Both the position numbers and the translations under genes were made by a program. The notes beneath the pieces are model-generated. The model saw nothing but the letters and a program-made list of their open reading frames with translations. It did not search any database and was not told the DNA's origin. From Phycisphaerae bacterium (lineage in GTDB: Bacteria > Planctomycetota > Phycisphaerae > UBA1845): 64,000 nucleotides of DNA. The stretch lies in assembly GCA_963666835.2 (NCBI GenBank), contig CAXXGO010000006.1:800001-864000 (forward strand). The letters run 5' to 3'. Positions 1 to 9,681 of the stretch are shown one piece after another. Numbering within the stretch: position 1 is the first letter of the stretch; each line of letters opens with the position of its first letter.

Positions 1-2
1 CG

Positions 3-167
3 TTCGACTCGGCGGGCACCGCCGACGGCGTTCTCGAGCAAGGTCCGCCCTGGCTTGTAGTCTCGCCCGATTGCAATAACAATCTGGTGCTTGACGAGTG
101 CGATATCGCCGAGGGCACGTCACTCGACTTTGATCATGACGGCGTCCCGGACGAGTGCCAGTACTAG
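3..167 (+). CDS. 3' end of a secreted-type protein with DCNxNxxxDECD / DxDxDGVPDEC Ca-binding-like motifs (partial, runs off window start)
   Basis: Manual translation ...PDCNNNLVLDECDIAEGTSLDFDHDGVPDECQY* ending in TAG at 165-167. Confidence 0.65.
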   Translation, partial: FDSAGTADGVLEQGPPWLVVSPDCNNNLVLDECDIAEGTSLDFDHDGVPDECQY

Positions 168-170
168 AGT

Positions 171-582
171 GGGTGGCCCACGTCCTTTTGTATTTGGCGT
201 ATGCGGCGAACCGCGGCGGGTCAATCAGCACCGTCCCGGCTGGACGTGGGGGAGCCAATGATCAGCGGGAGCACATGTGGTCCGCACAGCAGACCCTGCC
301 TACTCGACGTTGCTTCACAGGGTTCAGAGACTATCATCGGAGGTTCGCGGTAGCGGGTGTGCCACTGCTCTTGAGCAGTGCAGGAACGGAAGCCGTTCGC
401 GTAGCGCGGCATCTTGCCTGCAGAATGCGCACAACGCCAGGAATCGCGGCAGGTCTCGTTCCTCGACCGTGCCCTACGAGAATATAGGATTGAGAGACTA
501 TCCCCGACGCGGGTGCCCCATACATCCCGGCGTGCGTTGGGCTGGATTAGTCGCGCCGACTACCCGCCGGGATGGGTGGGGG
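171..582. repeat. Mosaic cluster of REP-like palindromes (GGGTG- and GTAG-headed families)
   Basis: GGGTGGCCCACGTCC...GGACGTGGG (171-250); GGTCCGCACAGCAGACCC (about 279-296); GGGTGTGCCACTGCTCTTGAGCAGTG (355-380, inverted copy at 25894-25919); GCGGCAGGTCTCGTTCCTCGACCGTGCCCTAC (446-477); GGGTGCCCCATACATCCCGGCG...CGCCGGGATGGGTGGGGG (511-582). Confidence 0.8.
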
Positions 583-2509
583 GAAAGCGCCGGTAAGCCG
601 GTGAGGAGTAGTGGATGAGAGAGCCATACGGTGAAGGAATAGCGAACCACACCGACCCCGAGTCATACTGTGGTGTCCGCAAGGGCATGGCGGGAGCGTT
701 GACAGGGGCACGTGCGGGCCGGCCATTGAGCCGTGAAAGCCTTTTACTCCGGAGTGCCGACGCCGTCCCCCAAGGCGGAAGGCAACACCGGAGGGCGTCG
801 TTAACGCGAGACGCCTTTCGGACTCCGCGCGGTCTTAGAACCCGAGCACGCACGGAAACTCCTCACGCGGAACCCGGGAGATCCCGCGTTCGGCCTCGAA
901 CATGGCATCGAGGTCCGCAGTGTGAATCCATAGGAGCACGACACTGATGCACGGGCGCGGGAAGTCGGACAGGCCCATAGTACCGAAGAAGACTGCGAAC
1001 AACGGTGATCCCCCGGCGGGGAGGTCGTCCGCGGAGCAGTTGGAGGAAAGGGGCCTGGCCAAGGGCAACTCGATTCGACACGACAGGCACCGTACGCAGA
1101 GCCGGGATCGTCTGCAAAGCGGGTTGGATCGGGTACGACAGGCAGCGGTAAAGGATAAGGATTTACAGTTCACCACGCTTTGGCACCACGTCTATGATGT
1201 CGCTCGCCTCCGGGAGGCGTACTTGAGCCTCAAGCATGCTTCGGCACCGGGGATGGACGGCATGACATGGGAGGCGTACGGCAGGGACCTAGAAGAACAC
1301 CTCTTGGATCTGTCGGCACGTCTACAGCGCGGAGCGTACCGAGCGAGGCCGGTCAAGCGGGTCTACATTCCGAAACCCGATGGACGGCAGAGACCAATAG
1401 GGATTCCCGTGTTGGAAGACAAGATCGTCCAACGGGCGATGACCGATGTGCTCTCGGCTGTCTACGAGGCAGACTTCCTCGGGTTCTCCTACGGATTTCG
1501 ACCAGGACGGGACGCCCATCAGGCGTTAAGTGCCCTGACTGTCGGCATCGAGAGGAAGAAGGTGAATTGGGTGCTGGATGCAGACATTCGTGGATTCTTC
1601 GATGCCATAGACCACGATTGGCTGATCAAGTTCGTCGAGCACCGGATCGCAGACCAGCGTGTCGTGCGTCACGTGAAGAAGTGGCTGAACGCCGGCGTGC
1701 TGGAGGACGGGTGTCGAAGGGACACGGAGACGGGGACGCCGCAGGGGGGCAGTATCAGCCCGCTATTGGCGAACATCTATCTCCATTACGCCTTCGACTT
1801 GTGGGCCCGCCAATGGCGACGGACGCAAGCTCACGGAGATGTGATTATCGTGAGATATGCGGACGACTTCGTGGTGGGATTTCAACAGCGAGAGGATGCC
1901 GAGCGGTTTCGGGATGAGCTGACGGATCGCCTCCGGAAGTTCAAGCTGGAGCTACATGCGGACAAGACTCGTCTGATTGAGTTCGGCCGTTTTGCGTCGA
2001 CCAATCGCAAGCGAGAAGGCCGCGGCAAACCGGCGACCTTCGAGTTTCTGGGTTTTCGCCACATCTGTGGCAAGACCCGGCGTGGGAGGTTCACGGTACT
2101 ACGGCAGACTGTCGCGAAACGACGGCGTGCGAAGCTCAAAGCGATTAAGCAAGAGCTTCGGCGACGTATGCATGCCCCCGTCCGAGAGGTGGGCGCGTAT
2201 TTGCGGGCGGTGGTTCGCGGGTACTATCAGTATTATGCGGTACCGCGGAACTACCCGGCCTTAACGGCATTTCGGGATGAGGTTGTCCGTCTTTGGCGCT
2301 GGACGCTCCGGCGTCGCAGCGAGAAGACTCGGATTACCTGGGCCCGCATGAACCGTTTGGCCAAGCAGTGGATACCTGCTCCCAAAATCCTACATCCTTA
2401 CCCCGACCGACACCTGGCCGTTATGACCCAAGGCAGGAGCCCAGTGCGGTAGTCCCGCACGCTGGGATCTGTGGAGGGGGTCCCGGGTAACCGGGATTCC
2501 TACTCCGAC
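583..2509 (+). mobile_element. Group II intron (bacterial class E-like) with RT/maturase, inserted in a REP palindrome
   Basis: D5 GAGCCCAGTGCGGTAGTCCCGCACGCTGGGATCT at 2437-2470; D6 ending CCTACTCCGAC at 2509; EBS1 loop CCCCCA (767-772) complementary to TGGGGG (577-582); joined flanks match the intact REPs at 30342, 31024 and 33357. Confidence 0.9.
947..2452 (+). CDS. ltrA: Group II intron reverse transcriptase/maturase (no endonuclease domain)
   Basis: RT0 APGMDG, YIPKPDGRQRPIGIP, SYGFRPGR, DADIRGFFD, GTPQGGSISPLLANIYLH, YADD, X domain; C-terminus ILHPYP typical of class E-like IEPs; stop codon lies in D5. Confidence 0.95.
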   Translation: MHGRGKSDRPIVPKKTANNGDPPAGRSSAEQLEERGLAKGNSIRHDRHRTQSRDRLQSGLDRVRQAAVKDKDLQFTTLWHHVYDVARLREAYLSLKHASAPGMDGMTWEAYGRDLEEHLLDLSARLQRGAYRARPVKRVYIPKPDGRQRPIGIPVLEDKIVQRAMTDVLSAVYEADFLGFSYGFRPGRDAHQALSALTVGIERKKVNWVLDADIRGFFDAIDHDWLIKFVEHRIADQRVVRHVKKWLNAGVLEDGCRRDTETGTPQGGSISPLLANIYLHYAFDLWARQWRRTQAHGDVIIVRYADDFVVGFQQREDAERFRDELTDRLRKFKLELHADKTRLIEFGRFASTNRKREGRGKPATFEFLGFRHICGKTRRGRFTVLRQTVAKRRRAKLKAIKQELRRRMHAPVREVGAYLRAVVRGYYQYYAVPRNYPALTAFRDEVVRLWRWTLRRRSEKTRITWARMNRLAKQWIPAPKILHPYPDRHLAVMTQGRSPVR

Positions 2510-2625
2510 ACGGATGAGTATCCGAGTCGAGTTTACATAGCGCAATCGATTCCCCACCCTTCGCCCGGTGCATAATGCGGATGCCGTGCTTTTGTCCCGG
2601 TACAATGCTCTTCGTCTACTGCGGT

Positions 2626-4239
2626 CTAATCCAAGGCGAAGGACGGGGCACCCTCCGCGGGGGTTGCAGGCGCCGGCTCCTCGACCATTGCCATGATCGA
2701 CCCGTCGTCAAGGCAGTCAAGCGCGACCTCCGTTACATCCGGATCGAACTGCCGGCCGGCACTGTTGTGCAGCTCCGATCGAACGCGCGCGGTGTCGTAG
2801 GCCGGTTTGTAGCTTCGGGACGAGAACATCGCGTCGATCGCATCGGCCAGAGCCAACACCCGCGCTCCGATGGGGATTCGATCGCCGCCGAGCCCGTACG
2901 GGTATCCGTTGCCGTCGTAACGCTCGTGATGGTGCAGGATCAAAGGCCGCTCGTCGGCTAAGAACGACACGTGGCCGAGGATATCAAGAGCCGTTTCCGG
3001 ATGCCGCTTGATCACGTCGAACTCTTCGTCGGTCAATCGGCTCGGTTTGGTGAGGATGGCGTCGGGCACCCCGATCTTACCGATGTCGTGCAGGAGGGCG
3101 GCCGCGCGGATCGAGCCGATTACGTGGTTACGCAGTTTCATTCGCCGGCTGATGGTCTCGGCGTAGCCGGCTACCGTCATACAGTGGGTGCGGGTGAACG
3201 GGTCCTTAGCTTCGACGGCGGCCGCCAAAGCCCGCGTGGACTCCAGATATGTGGAGCGCAGTTGCTGCCGCACTCGCTGTCTCCATTGGGTGACATCGCG
3301 AACGGATACGCGAGTGAGATCGCGGTGCAGGGCGTGTTCCCCGACTATCTCGTGCCAGGACACGATCCGATTACCTCCTTGGTGCTTGGCGTGATCGAGA
3401 GCGATGCGGGCATGGCGGATGAGCTGCTGTTCCGACTCAATGAACCCGCTGGTACTCTCGGCTACGCCGATACTGACCGTGATTTCGTGGCTCTCCCCGT
3501 CGTACACCACCGGATTGCGGCGCATCTGTCCGCGGCACCGGCGGGCCAAACGCAACGCCTGCTCCGCCGGTGAGCCGGGTAGGGCGACGATGAAACGATC
3601 CGAGCCGTACGGTGCCACAATGTCGGAGCGGCGGCACACGTTCCCCAGGGTCATCGCAAACCACTCCAGGACCCGGTTACCGAAGGTCGGACAGTAGCGG
3701 TCGTTGCAATCGCGAAACCGATCAAGGTCCAACATCATTACCGTGAGCGGCTCGCCCTGCCGGCGACAACGTCCGCGAAACGCCGCCAGGCTCTCGAGAA
3801 AAGTCCCGTGCCGCAAATCGGGGGCGGCGGCCGCGCCCGTCCGGAACAGCGGCGTACGCCGGGCGTCATCGATTACCCGGAGAAACTCGTCCGCGCCGAA
3901 CGATTCTTCGAGGCAATCCCAAGCCCCGGCCCGGAACGCCGCGCGCGTCGAGGCGGCGTCGCCGCTGGGAACCAGGGCAATCACTCTAATGTCGGAAGCT
4001 CCCCGCCGCAGGGTGGATAACGTACGGTCGATGGACGAGTCCTTGCCCGCCTCGATCGGGATCACCGCCGCCGCAACCGTATCGCCTTCGACGCGGCCTT
4101 CGAGGCTTTCGAAGTCGGACACCGCGACCCCGCGCACGCCATGCCGGGCCAGCAGATTCGCCAGGCGACACCGCGTATCGGCGTTGTGATGCAGGATCAG
4201 AATCGTGTTGTTCTTTTCCACTGCGTTGTCCCGACCCAA
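2626..4239 (-). CDS. Pseudo-receiver + degenerate GGDEF + HD-GYP c-di-GMP phosphodiesterase
   Basis: MLDLDRF...RRSDIVAPYGSDRF (degenerate GGDEF with RxxD), EAKDPFT, LLHDIGKIG, HHERYDGNGYP, GRQFDP. Confidence 0.85.
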   Translation of the reverse strand: MGRDNAVEKNNTILILHHNADTRCRLANLLARHGVRGVAVSDFESLEGRVEGDTVAAAVIPIEAGKDSSIDRTLSTLRRGASDIRVIALVPSGDAASTRAAFRAGAWDCLEESFGADEFLRVIDDARRTPLFRTGAAAAPDLRHGTFLESLAAFRGRCRRQGEPLTVMMLDLDRFRDCNDRYCPTFGNRVLEWFAMTLGNVCRRSDIVAPYGSDRFIVALPGSPAEQALRLARRCRGQMRRNPVVYDGESHEITVSIGVAESTSGFIESEQQLIRHARIALDHAKHQGGNRIVSWHEIVGEHALHRDLTRVSVRDVTQWRQRVRQQLRSTYLESTRALAAAVEAKDPFTRTHCMTVAGYAETISRRMKLRNHVIGSIRAAALLHDIGKIGVPDAILTKPSRLTDEEFDVIKRHPETALDILGHVSFLADERPLILHHHERYDGNGYPYGLGGDRIPIGARVLALADAIDAMFSSRSYKPAYDTARVRSELHNSAGRQFDPDVTEVALDCLDDGSIMAMVEEPAPATPAEGAPSFALD

Positions 4240-4519
4240 GCCTTGGGATTGATCACGTCACTGGCCATATCGTCATGAGGTGAGCCGTGGGTTAGCTTCG
4301 CCGCGTCAGCCCCTTATCGGCTCGGGTAAGGTGCGAAAACTCGCCCGGGCAGAAGTGGAATCGACGTCCTGCTTACCCCGTCCGTTTCAGGAAACCGCTT
4401 TATCCAGCCGAAAAAAGCGTGCCCCCGGGGATAATCCACGAGTGCCACATGGTGTCACTTAGGGGTTATTAGCCGCGCAATCGACGGGCGGAATAACGAG
4501 GGACGAACCGGTAATCCGG

Positions 4520-4832
4520 AGGGTCCGCTGTGCGGACCATTTGGCTCGCTCCGCACGGTGGTCCGCACAGCGGACCCTACCCGCTTATCGCCCCGGACAA
4601 GCGACCGACAACCCATAAGAGCCGCGCGCACCCCGTACGAGCCCCCGCCCTTATCGGCGCACGAAGTTTGTAGTTTGGGTCCGCTGTACGACCGTCTGGC
4701 TCCGCCGAACGACAGCGTCGGAACACCGCGCCGGCTTCGGCATGACCACAGGGTCCGAGAACCGAGATCGTAGGGGGCCGCTTTGCGGACCGTTTGCTTC
4801 CCACCGCACAGTGGCCCGCAGAGCGGCCCCTA
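4520..4832. repeat. REP doublets (GTAGGGTCCGCTGTGCGGACC family)
   Basis: AGGGTCCGCTGTGCGGACCA...TGGTCCGCACAGCGGACCCTAC inverted pair at 4520-4580; degenerate pair GTAGGGGGCCGCTTTGCGGACC...GGCCCGCAGAGCGGCCCCTA at 4770-4832; related copy near 279. Confidence 0.7.
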
Positions 4833-4853
4833 TCCCGCTTTCTGAAAACGGTG

Positions 4854-5348
4854 CTAAAGCGCTTTCTTCTTGCCCAAAGCCGCCCGGCATGCGGTAAGCT
4901 GGCCGATGTGCCAGAACTGGTGGGTGCCCGTCAGGCTCCACAGTGCGCCTAGCGTGGGAAAGACATCCTGGGGGACGTCGTTCGGAGTGGGTTCGTCCCA
5001 CCTTCTGGGGTCGAACCGCTCAAGAGCGTCGATGGTCCGCGCCCGCTGATCCAGAAACAGCCGGTCGATTTCACTGCGGGGAGGATACTCGTCGGCGTTC
5101 GATCGGCATTCGCTACCGCGGGCACATAGCCCGCGAACGGACTCGGAAATCGCCGAAGGCGCGCCGGTTGCCACCTGAACCGCCCAATCCTCACCGACAG
5201 CCGTGTGCCCCAAAAGCCACGCGACGTGGTTAGTGCCCGCCGCAGGGATTGTGAAGTAATCTTCGTCGGTCAGGTCGGCCGTGAACTTCTCGATCAGGGT
5301 ACGACCGAAAGCGAGTTGCCCGATGATGACGTCATTCGGCCGAACCAT
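4854..5348 (-). CDS. DinB superfamily protein
   Basis: NHVAWLLGH and HQFWHIGQL metal-binding His motifs; start moved to MVRPNDV behind a GGGAGG RBS. Confidence 0.85.
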   Translation of the reverse strand: MVRPNDVIIGQLAFGRTLIEKFTADLTDEDYFTIPAAGTNHVAWLLGHTAVGEDWAVQVATGAPSAISESVRGLCARGSECRSNADEYPPRSEIDRLFLDQRARTIDALERFDPRRWDEPTPNDVPQDVFPTLGALWSLTGTHQFWHIGQLTACRAALGKKKAL

Positions 5349-5639
5349 GATGGCCTCCCTTCGGCGAGCTGCTCCTGAAATCAGGAACGTGTATCGAACC
5401 CATCCACACCACAGGCGGTGAATATACGCCGGCGTACCGCGGCCTTCAAGATTCGGCGAAGGGCGGACCATGACGCCGATCCCTCGTGACGGACGGATAC
5501 GTGGCTCCCTTGCGTTGCCTGCGATACAATTTCTGCGGGTGACCTCTCGTTCGTGCCGGTGGCGCGTCGAGATCGCGAACACGACCCTCTGTAGGCCGCA
5601 TGACCATTCGCCGCGGACTTAACCGACGGGCGCGAACTG

Positions 5640-8231
5640 ATGGCTGACGAGAAAGCGAACAACCAAACCGCAAGCGCCGGCCGAGGGCGAGTATGGCTGA
5701 TTGTCGGACTGATTGCGGGCAGCGCCCTGGTCACCGGATGGCCGACCTTGCAGGGGACGTTCGTCGGAGGCGATGACCATCGTCTGGTGCTTAATCACGT
5801 CCTGGTCAACCATCCCTCCTTCGAGCACGCCGTGCAGTTGTTCACCATGGTCCACCGTGACCTGTACCAGCCGCTGCCGATGCTGAGCTTCTCGATGGAG
5901 TTTGCGGTGGCGGGGGCGTTCGGCCTCTTCGACGAGAGTCTCTCCGGCGGCGCCTGGCTGTTCCATTTGACGAACATCGTTTTGCACGCGGTTAACGCGG
6001 TTATGGTGTGGATAGTCGTAAGGGGGCTTCATCGCGGCGAAAACCGCCGCACAGCCGATATGGTGGGTGCGATAGCGGCGATCCTGTTCGCGATCCACCC
6101 TTTGCAGGTCGAAGTCATAGCGTGGGTCAACGGCCGCATGATGCTGCTCTCCACTCTGTTCGGGCTGGCGGCGCTGGCGACGTTAATGAGGTGGCTGAGC
6201 CGGGGCGGGTATCGCTGGGCGGTTCTTACTGTGGTCTTCGTGGCGTTCTGCGCAATGAGTAAGATCCGCGTGGGGCTTCCGGTGTTGATGCTGCTCGTTC
6301 CGCCGGCCATGCGACTGCGAATGACTCGCGGGTTCGGGTTGCTCTGGGTAATCAGTGCTGCGGTGACCGGGGTGTTCGTTCTGGTGAACCTCCACGCCAC
6401 CGCCGAGGCGGGGATGTTCTCGGGGGCGGCGGAGACTCTGCACGGTCCGCGGCCGGTTCGCGCACTGCTGGCGCTGGCGTGGTACTTTCAGCACTTCGCG
6501 TGGCCGGCAGGGTTGGCGAGTTGGTACCCGGCGGCCCCGTTGGTGCGCTGGTCCGACCCCGCGACCTTTCGGGCGATGGCAATTGTGGGCTCGGTACTGG
6601 CTCTTGCCGCTTGCTCGGCGTGGCGTTCACGGGCGGCGGGTCTGGGCTTTGTGTGGTTCTTTGCGACGATCGCCACGGCGATTCAACTGGTACCGGCGAG
6701 GAACACTCTGGCGGCGGATCGCTATATGTACTTGCCGATCATCGGTTTGTTATGGTTTGTCGCCAATGCGCTGAGCACCGGCTGGTATGCTGCCGCTCGT
6801 CGAGCGGTATCGGGGCCGATTCGGGCCGGAGTCGCGCTGATCGCCGTAGCTGTTGCGATCGCCCTTATCTCGCAGAGTAGGACCATAGCCCGTTTCTACG
6901 AGACTCCCGTCAAGAAGAGCCAACGGATTGCAGACATCTTCCCGGACACGCCTCACGTGTGGGAGCGCGCCGCCTGGACCTATTACAACGCCGGCAGATA
7001 CGAGGAGGCCCTCGCCCGGGCCGAAGAAGGACTTCGCCGGAACGAAGACCCGGTTAGTGAAATATACCAGGTGATCGGGGCTTCGCAGTTCCGCCTTGGT
7101 GACCGCGAGGCGGCATTCGCCTCACTCAAGCGTGCCCTGGAGATCGACCCGGAGGACTCGAAAGCCAAGTATCAGTTGGCCAAGATGTTCGAGGAAGTGG
7201 GCCGATTGCAGGATGCGGTGCGTTTCTATGAGGAGTCAATCGCCGACGCTCCGCTGGCGAACCCCCGAATCCTCCGGCTGGCCTCGTTGTACCGCAGATT
7301 AGGTCACCCCGCCGACGCCCGCCGGTTGTACGAGCAGGTTCTGCAGAACAACGAATTCGATCCAATGGCTACGATGGCTCTGGCGGAGCTGGACATCGAG
7401 GTCGCAACGAGCGCATCATACCGCGCCGCAGAAGAACGTCTGGAGAAGCTGCTGGGGTGGATGTCGGAAAACGCTGATGCGTGGGTGAACCTGGGAGTCG
7501 TTCGCAACGCCCTCGGTCGATCTGCAGAGGCCGCGGAGGCGTATGACAGAGCGTTGGCACTTGTGCCGGGGCACCCGACCGCAGCTTTGAACTTGGCCGT
7601 GTTGCACCTGGCTCGCGGGGATGAATCGCGGGCAATCCCGCTATTCGAGCTGGCGATGTCCCAAGGGTTCGATTCGGTCCTGCAAACCGTAACGGTTCAC
7701 GATTTCCTGATCGTCCGGCAAGCTCCCGAGCGAGCGGTGACGCTCTGGAGCGACTTTAGCCGGCGTTATCCCGACGTAACGGAATCGCGGGCGTTTCTGG
7801 CTTGGTCGCGGGCCCTCGCCGGCGATCAAAGCACGGCGAGTAGAGAAGCCGTCGCCCTTATGGATGCCGGCTCCTCGCTTCCGTTGCTCACAGCTACGCT
7901 GGTCCACATCGCCCTGGCCGAGGGCGAGTTCGCTGAGGCCCGGGCCCAGGTGCAGAGGCTTGCCCAAACGGGTGAAGGCGGAGCCGATGCCCGCCGCCGC
8001 CTGTTGCGGGCACTGGGGGGATTCGTTCAGCGACAGCCCGATGTCCCGTGGACGTATTGCCTGGCAGCACGGATCTGGATCGCCGAGGGAGAGATACCGG
8101 CAGCGCAGACTTTTGCGGACCTTTGCGAACAGAACTGCGCCGACCCGGAATGCACTGGTTATGTCACTGAACTCCGATCGCAGATCGCCGGTGCGTTATC
8201 CGCCGAGCCTGCGGCTCCGGCGGTACCGTAG
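5640..8231 (+). CDS. TMTC-like GT-C membrane glycosyltransferase with C-terminal TPR repeats
   Basis: GDD motif, LYQPL, FHLTNIVLHAVN, FAIHPLQVEVIAWV, ADRYMYLP, then multiple TPRs. Confidence 0.85.
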   Translation: MADEKANNQTASAGRGRVWLIVGLIAGSALVTGWPTLQGTFVGGDDHRLVLNHVLVNHPSFEHAVQLFTMVHRDLYQPLPMLSFSMEFAVAGAFGLFDESLSGGAWLFHLTNIVLHAVNAVMVWIVVRGLHRGENRRTADMVGAIAAILFAIHPLQVEVIAWVNGRMMLLSTLFGLAALATLMRWLSRGGYRWAVLTVVFVAFCAMSKIRVGLPVLMLLVPPAMRLRMTRGFGLLWVISAAVTGVFVLVNLHATAEAGMFSGAAETLHGPRPVRALLALAWYFQHFAWPAGLASWYPAAPLVRWSDPATFRAMAIVGSVLALAACSAWRSRAAGLGFVWFFATIATAIQLVPARNTLAADRYMYLPIIGLLWFVANALSTGWYAAARRAVSGPIRAGVALIAVAVAIALISQSRTIARFYETPVKKSQRIADIFPDTPHVWERAAWTYYNAGRYEEALARAEEGLRRNEDPVSEIYQVIGASQFRLGDREAAFASLKRALEIDPEDSKAKYQLAKMFEEVGRLQDAVRFYEESIADAPLANPRILRLASLYRRLGHPADARRLYEQVLQNNEFDPMATMALAELDIEVATSASYRAAEERLEKLLGWMSENADAWVNLGVVRNALGRSAEAAEAYDRALALVPGHPTAALNLAVLHLARGDESRAIPLFELAMSQGFDSVLQTVTVHDFLIVRQAPERAVTLWSDFSRRYPDVTESRAFLAWSRALAGDQSTASREAVALMDAGSSLPLLTATLVHIALAEGEFAEARAQVQRLAQTGEGGADARRRLLRALGGFVQRQPDVPWTYCLAARIWIAEGEIPAAQTFADLCEQNCADPECTGYVTELRSQIAGALSAEPAAPAVP

Positions 8232-8241
8232 ACGGGTGACC

Positions 8242-8291
8242 AAAAAAAGTGGGTCGCACGAAGGTGGTCTTACGGACCCCTCGTGCGACCC
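8242..8291 (-). terminator. Intrinsic terminator between convergent genes
   Basis: GGGTCGCACGA...TCGTGCGACCC stem next to an A7 run (U-tract on the minus strand). Confidence 0.55.
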
Positions 8292-8336
8292 GGGCAAGGT
8301 CACCATGGAGAAGGAGAACCTGGTTTCACGGCGGGC

Positions 8337-9332
8337 TCAAGCAGCCAGATAGTGCTCCTCGAGTGCGCCACGGATTTTCTTCAACGCCTTATTCTGAATC
8401 TGCCGGACGCGTTCTTTGGTTACTCCAATAATGTGCCCGACCTGTTCCAGTGTCTTGGGAGCGTCGGCCCCGTTGAACGCCGGCTTCCCGATAGCGAAAC
8501 GCTCGATAATCACCGTGTGTTCTACGTCGCTCAGCTCGGCCATGTTCGCCATGAGGATCTGCTTGAGTTCGTCCACGCAATCCTCTTCAACGTGATCCCG
8601 TTTCCGGTCCAGGAAGTCGCTGCGCTCCATGCTCGGATCAAACTCGGTGGGGAACTTACCCCGATACCGGCTGGCCCGCATGGCCACGCGCGAGAAGCTC
8701 TTCAAAATCGCCCGGCAAGAATACGTACTGAACTTGAACCCGCGGGAGCAGTCGAATTTCTCCACGCTGCGCAGCAAGGCCATATTGCCCTCGCTGATCA
8801 TCTCGTTGAAGTCGATGTTGCTCAGTCGGGTTCGTTTCGCCATGGCAATGACGAGCGGCAGGTTTATGCGGACGATTGCACCGCGGGCGACACGCACGCG
8901 ATGCCCCCACGCCAGCAACTGCCGGGTGGCTACGCCGGTTAGCGGCTTCCCCGTACTCTCGTTGAGGATCTTCGCAGTTTGACTGCGCGCGTAGTTGAAC
9001 CGCATGAACAGAAGCTGTTCCTGCTCGTGGTTTAGCGTCGGAACCCGGCCACCGGAAGCAACCGCATCGAGCACCTGGTCATCGGTCTCGATGAAGCGCG
9101 TGCCGTTACGCTTGACGAACTTGGCCACGCCGCCGAACAGTTTCCGCTCTATACCGGCCTTGGCGAAGTCCGGATGATCCATGAAGAACGCCGGCTCAGT
9201 CAGCAGTATCTCCAAGAGAGCTTGGTCCTCGTCGGATAACGACTCGACCGTCATATTGCTGGGCGGCTTCCTGATCAGCAATGGGTCATGCGCGGCTTGT
9301 CTCTTAACGGCTTCAAGCGTGTTCGTGGCCAT
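8337..9332 (-). CDS. Sigma-70 family RNA polymerase sigma factor (regions 2 and 4)
   Basis: NLPLVIAMAK, ISEGNMALLRSVEKFD, RGFKFSTY, KTLEQVGHIIGVTKERVRQIQNKAL; start at MATNTL behind a GAGAGGAG RBS. Confidence 0.9.
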   Translation of the reverse strand: MATNTLEAVKRQAAHDPLLIRKPPSNMTVESLSDEDQALLEILLTEPAFFMDHPDFAKAGIERKLFGGVAKFVKRNGTRFIETDDQVLDAVASGGRVPTLNHEQEQLLFMRFNYARSQTAKILNESTGKPLTGVATRQLLAWGHRVRVARGAIVRINLPLVIAMAKRTRLSNIDFNEMISEGNMALLRSVEKFDCSRGFKFSTYSCRAILKSFSRVAMRASRYRGKFPTEFDPSMERSDFLDRKRDHVEEDCVDELKQILMANMAELSDVEHTVIIERFAIGKPAFNGADAPKTLEQVGHIIGVTKERVRQIQNKALKKIRGALEEHYLAA

Positions 9333-9681
9333 GACTGAACTCCTCTCGCCAATCGCCCATGCGCCGCCGGCCGGTCGGCTCACACGGCACGGGCGAACCC
9401 CTACTTCTACTACGTCAACCACACCTGGTCGGGGCGCACCGTCCGCAAAAAAAGACAATCCGTTACCCCGGTCGGCGTTGGACGCAAAACGTCCGAAGCG
9501 TGGCGCGGTTACAATTATCAACTAGGGGAGACGAACACTGGTAGGGGGGTACCAACTGCACCTTCAGTATACAACACGGGACGGGCTGAGACAAGTTTTC
9601 GTCTTATAAAGCCCGGAAAACGTGAGAAAAACCACACCTGTGCAGCCAGATTGCACACTCTGGAGCGAAGTGTCCAACCGG

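Noticed and set aside
532..536. GTGCG as canonical 5' end of intron 1
   Set aside because: It lies inside the REP hairpin, its upstream bases do not pair with EBS1, and only the 582/583 boundary rebuilds the REP
947..2452. RT as part of a DGR, retron or CRISPR-RT system
   Set aside because: Has RT0, YADD and an X domain and is embedded in a full group II intron; no TR/VR pair, msr-msd or cas genes seen
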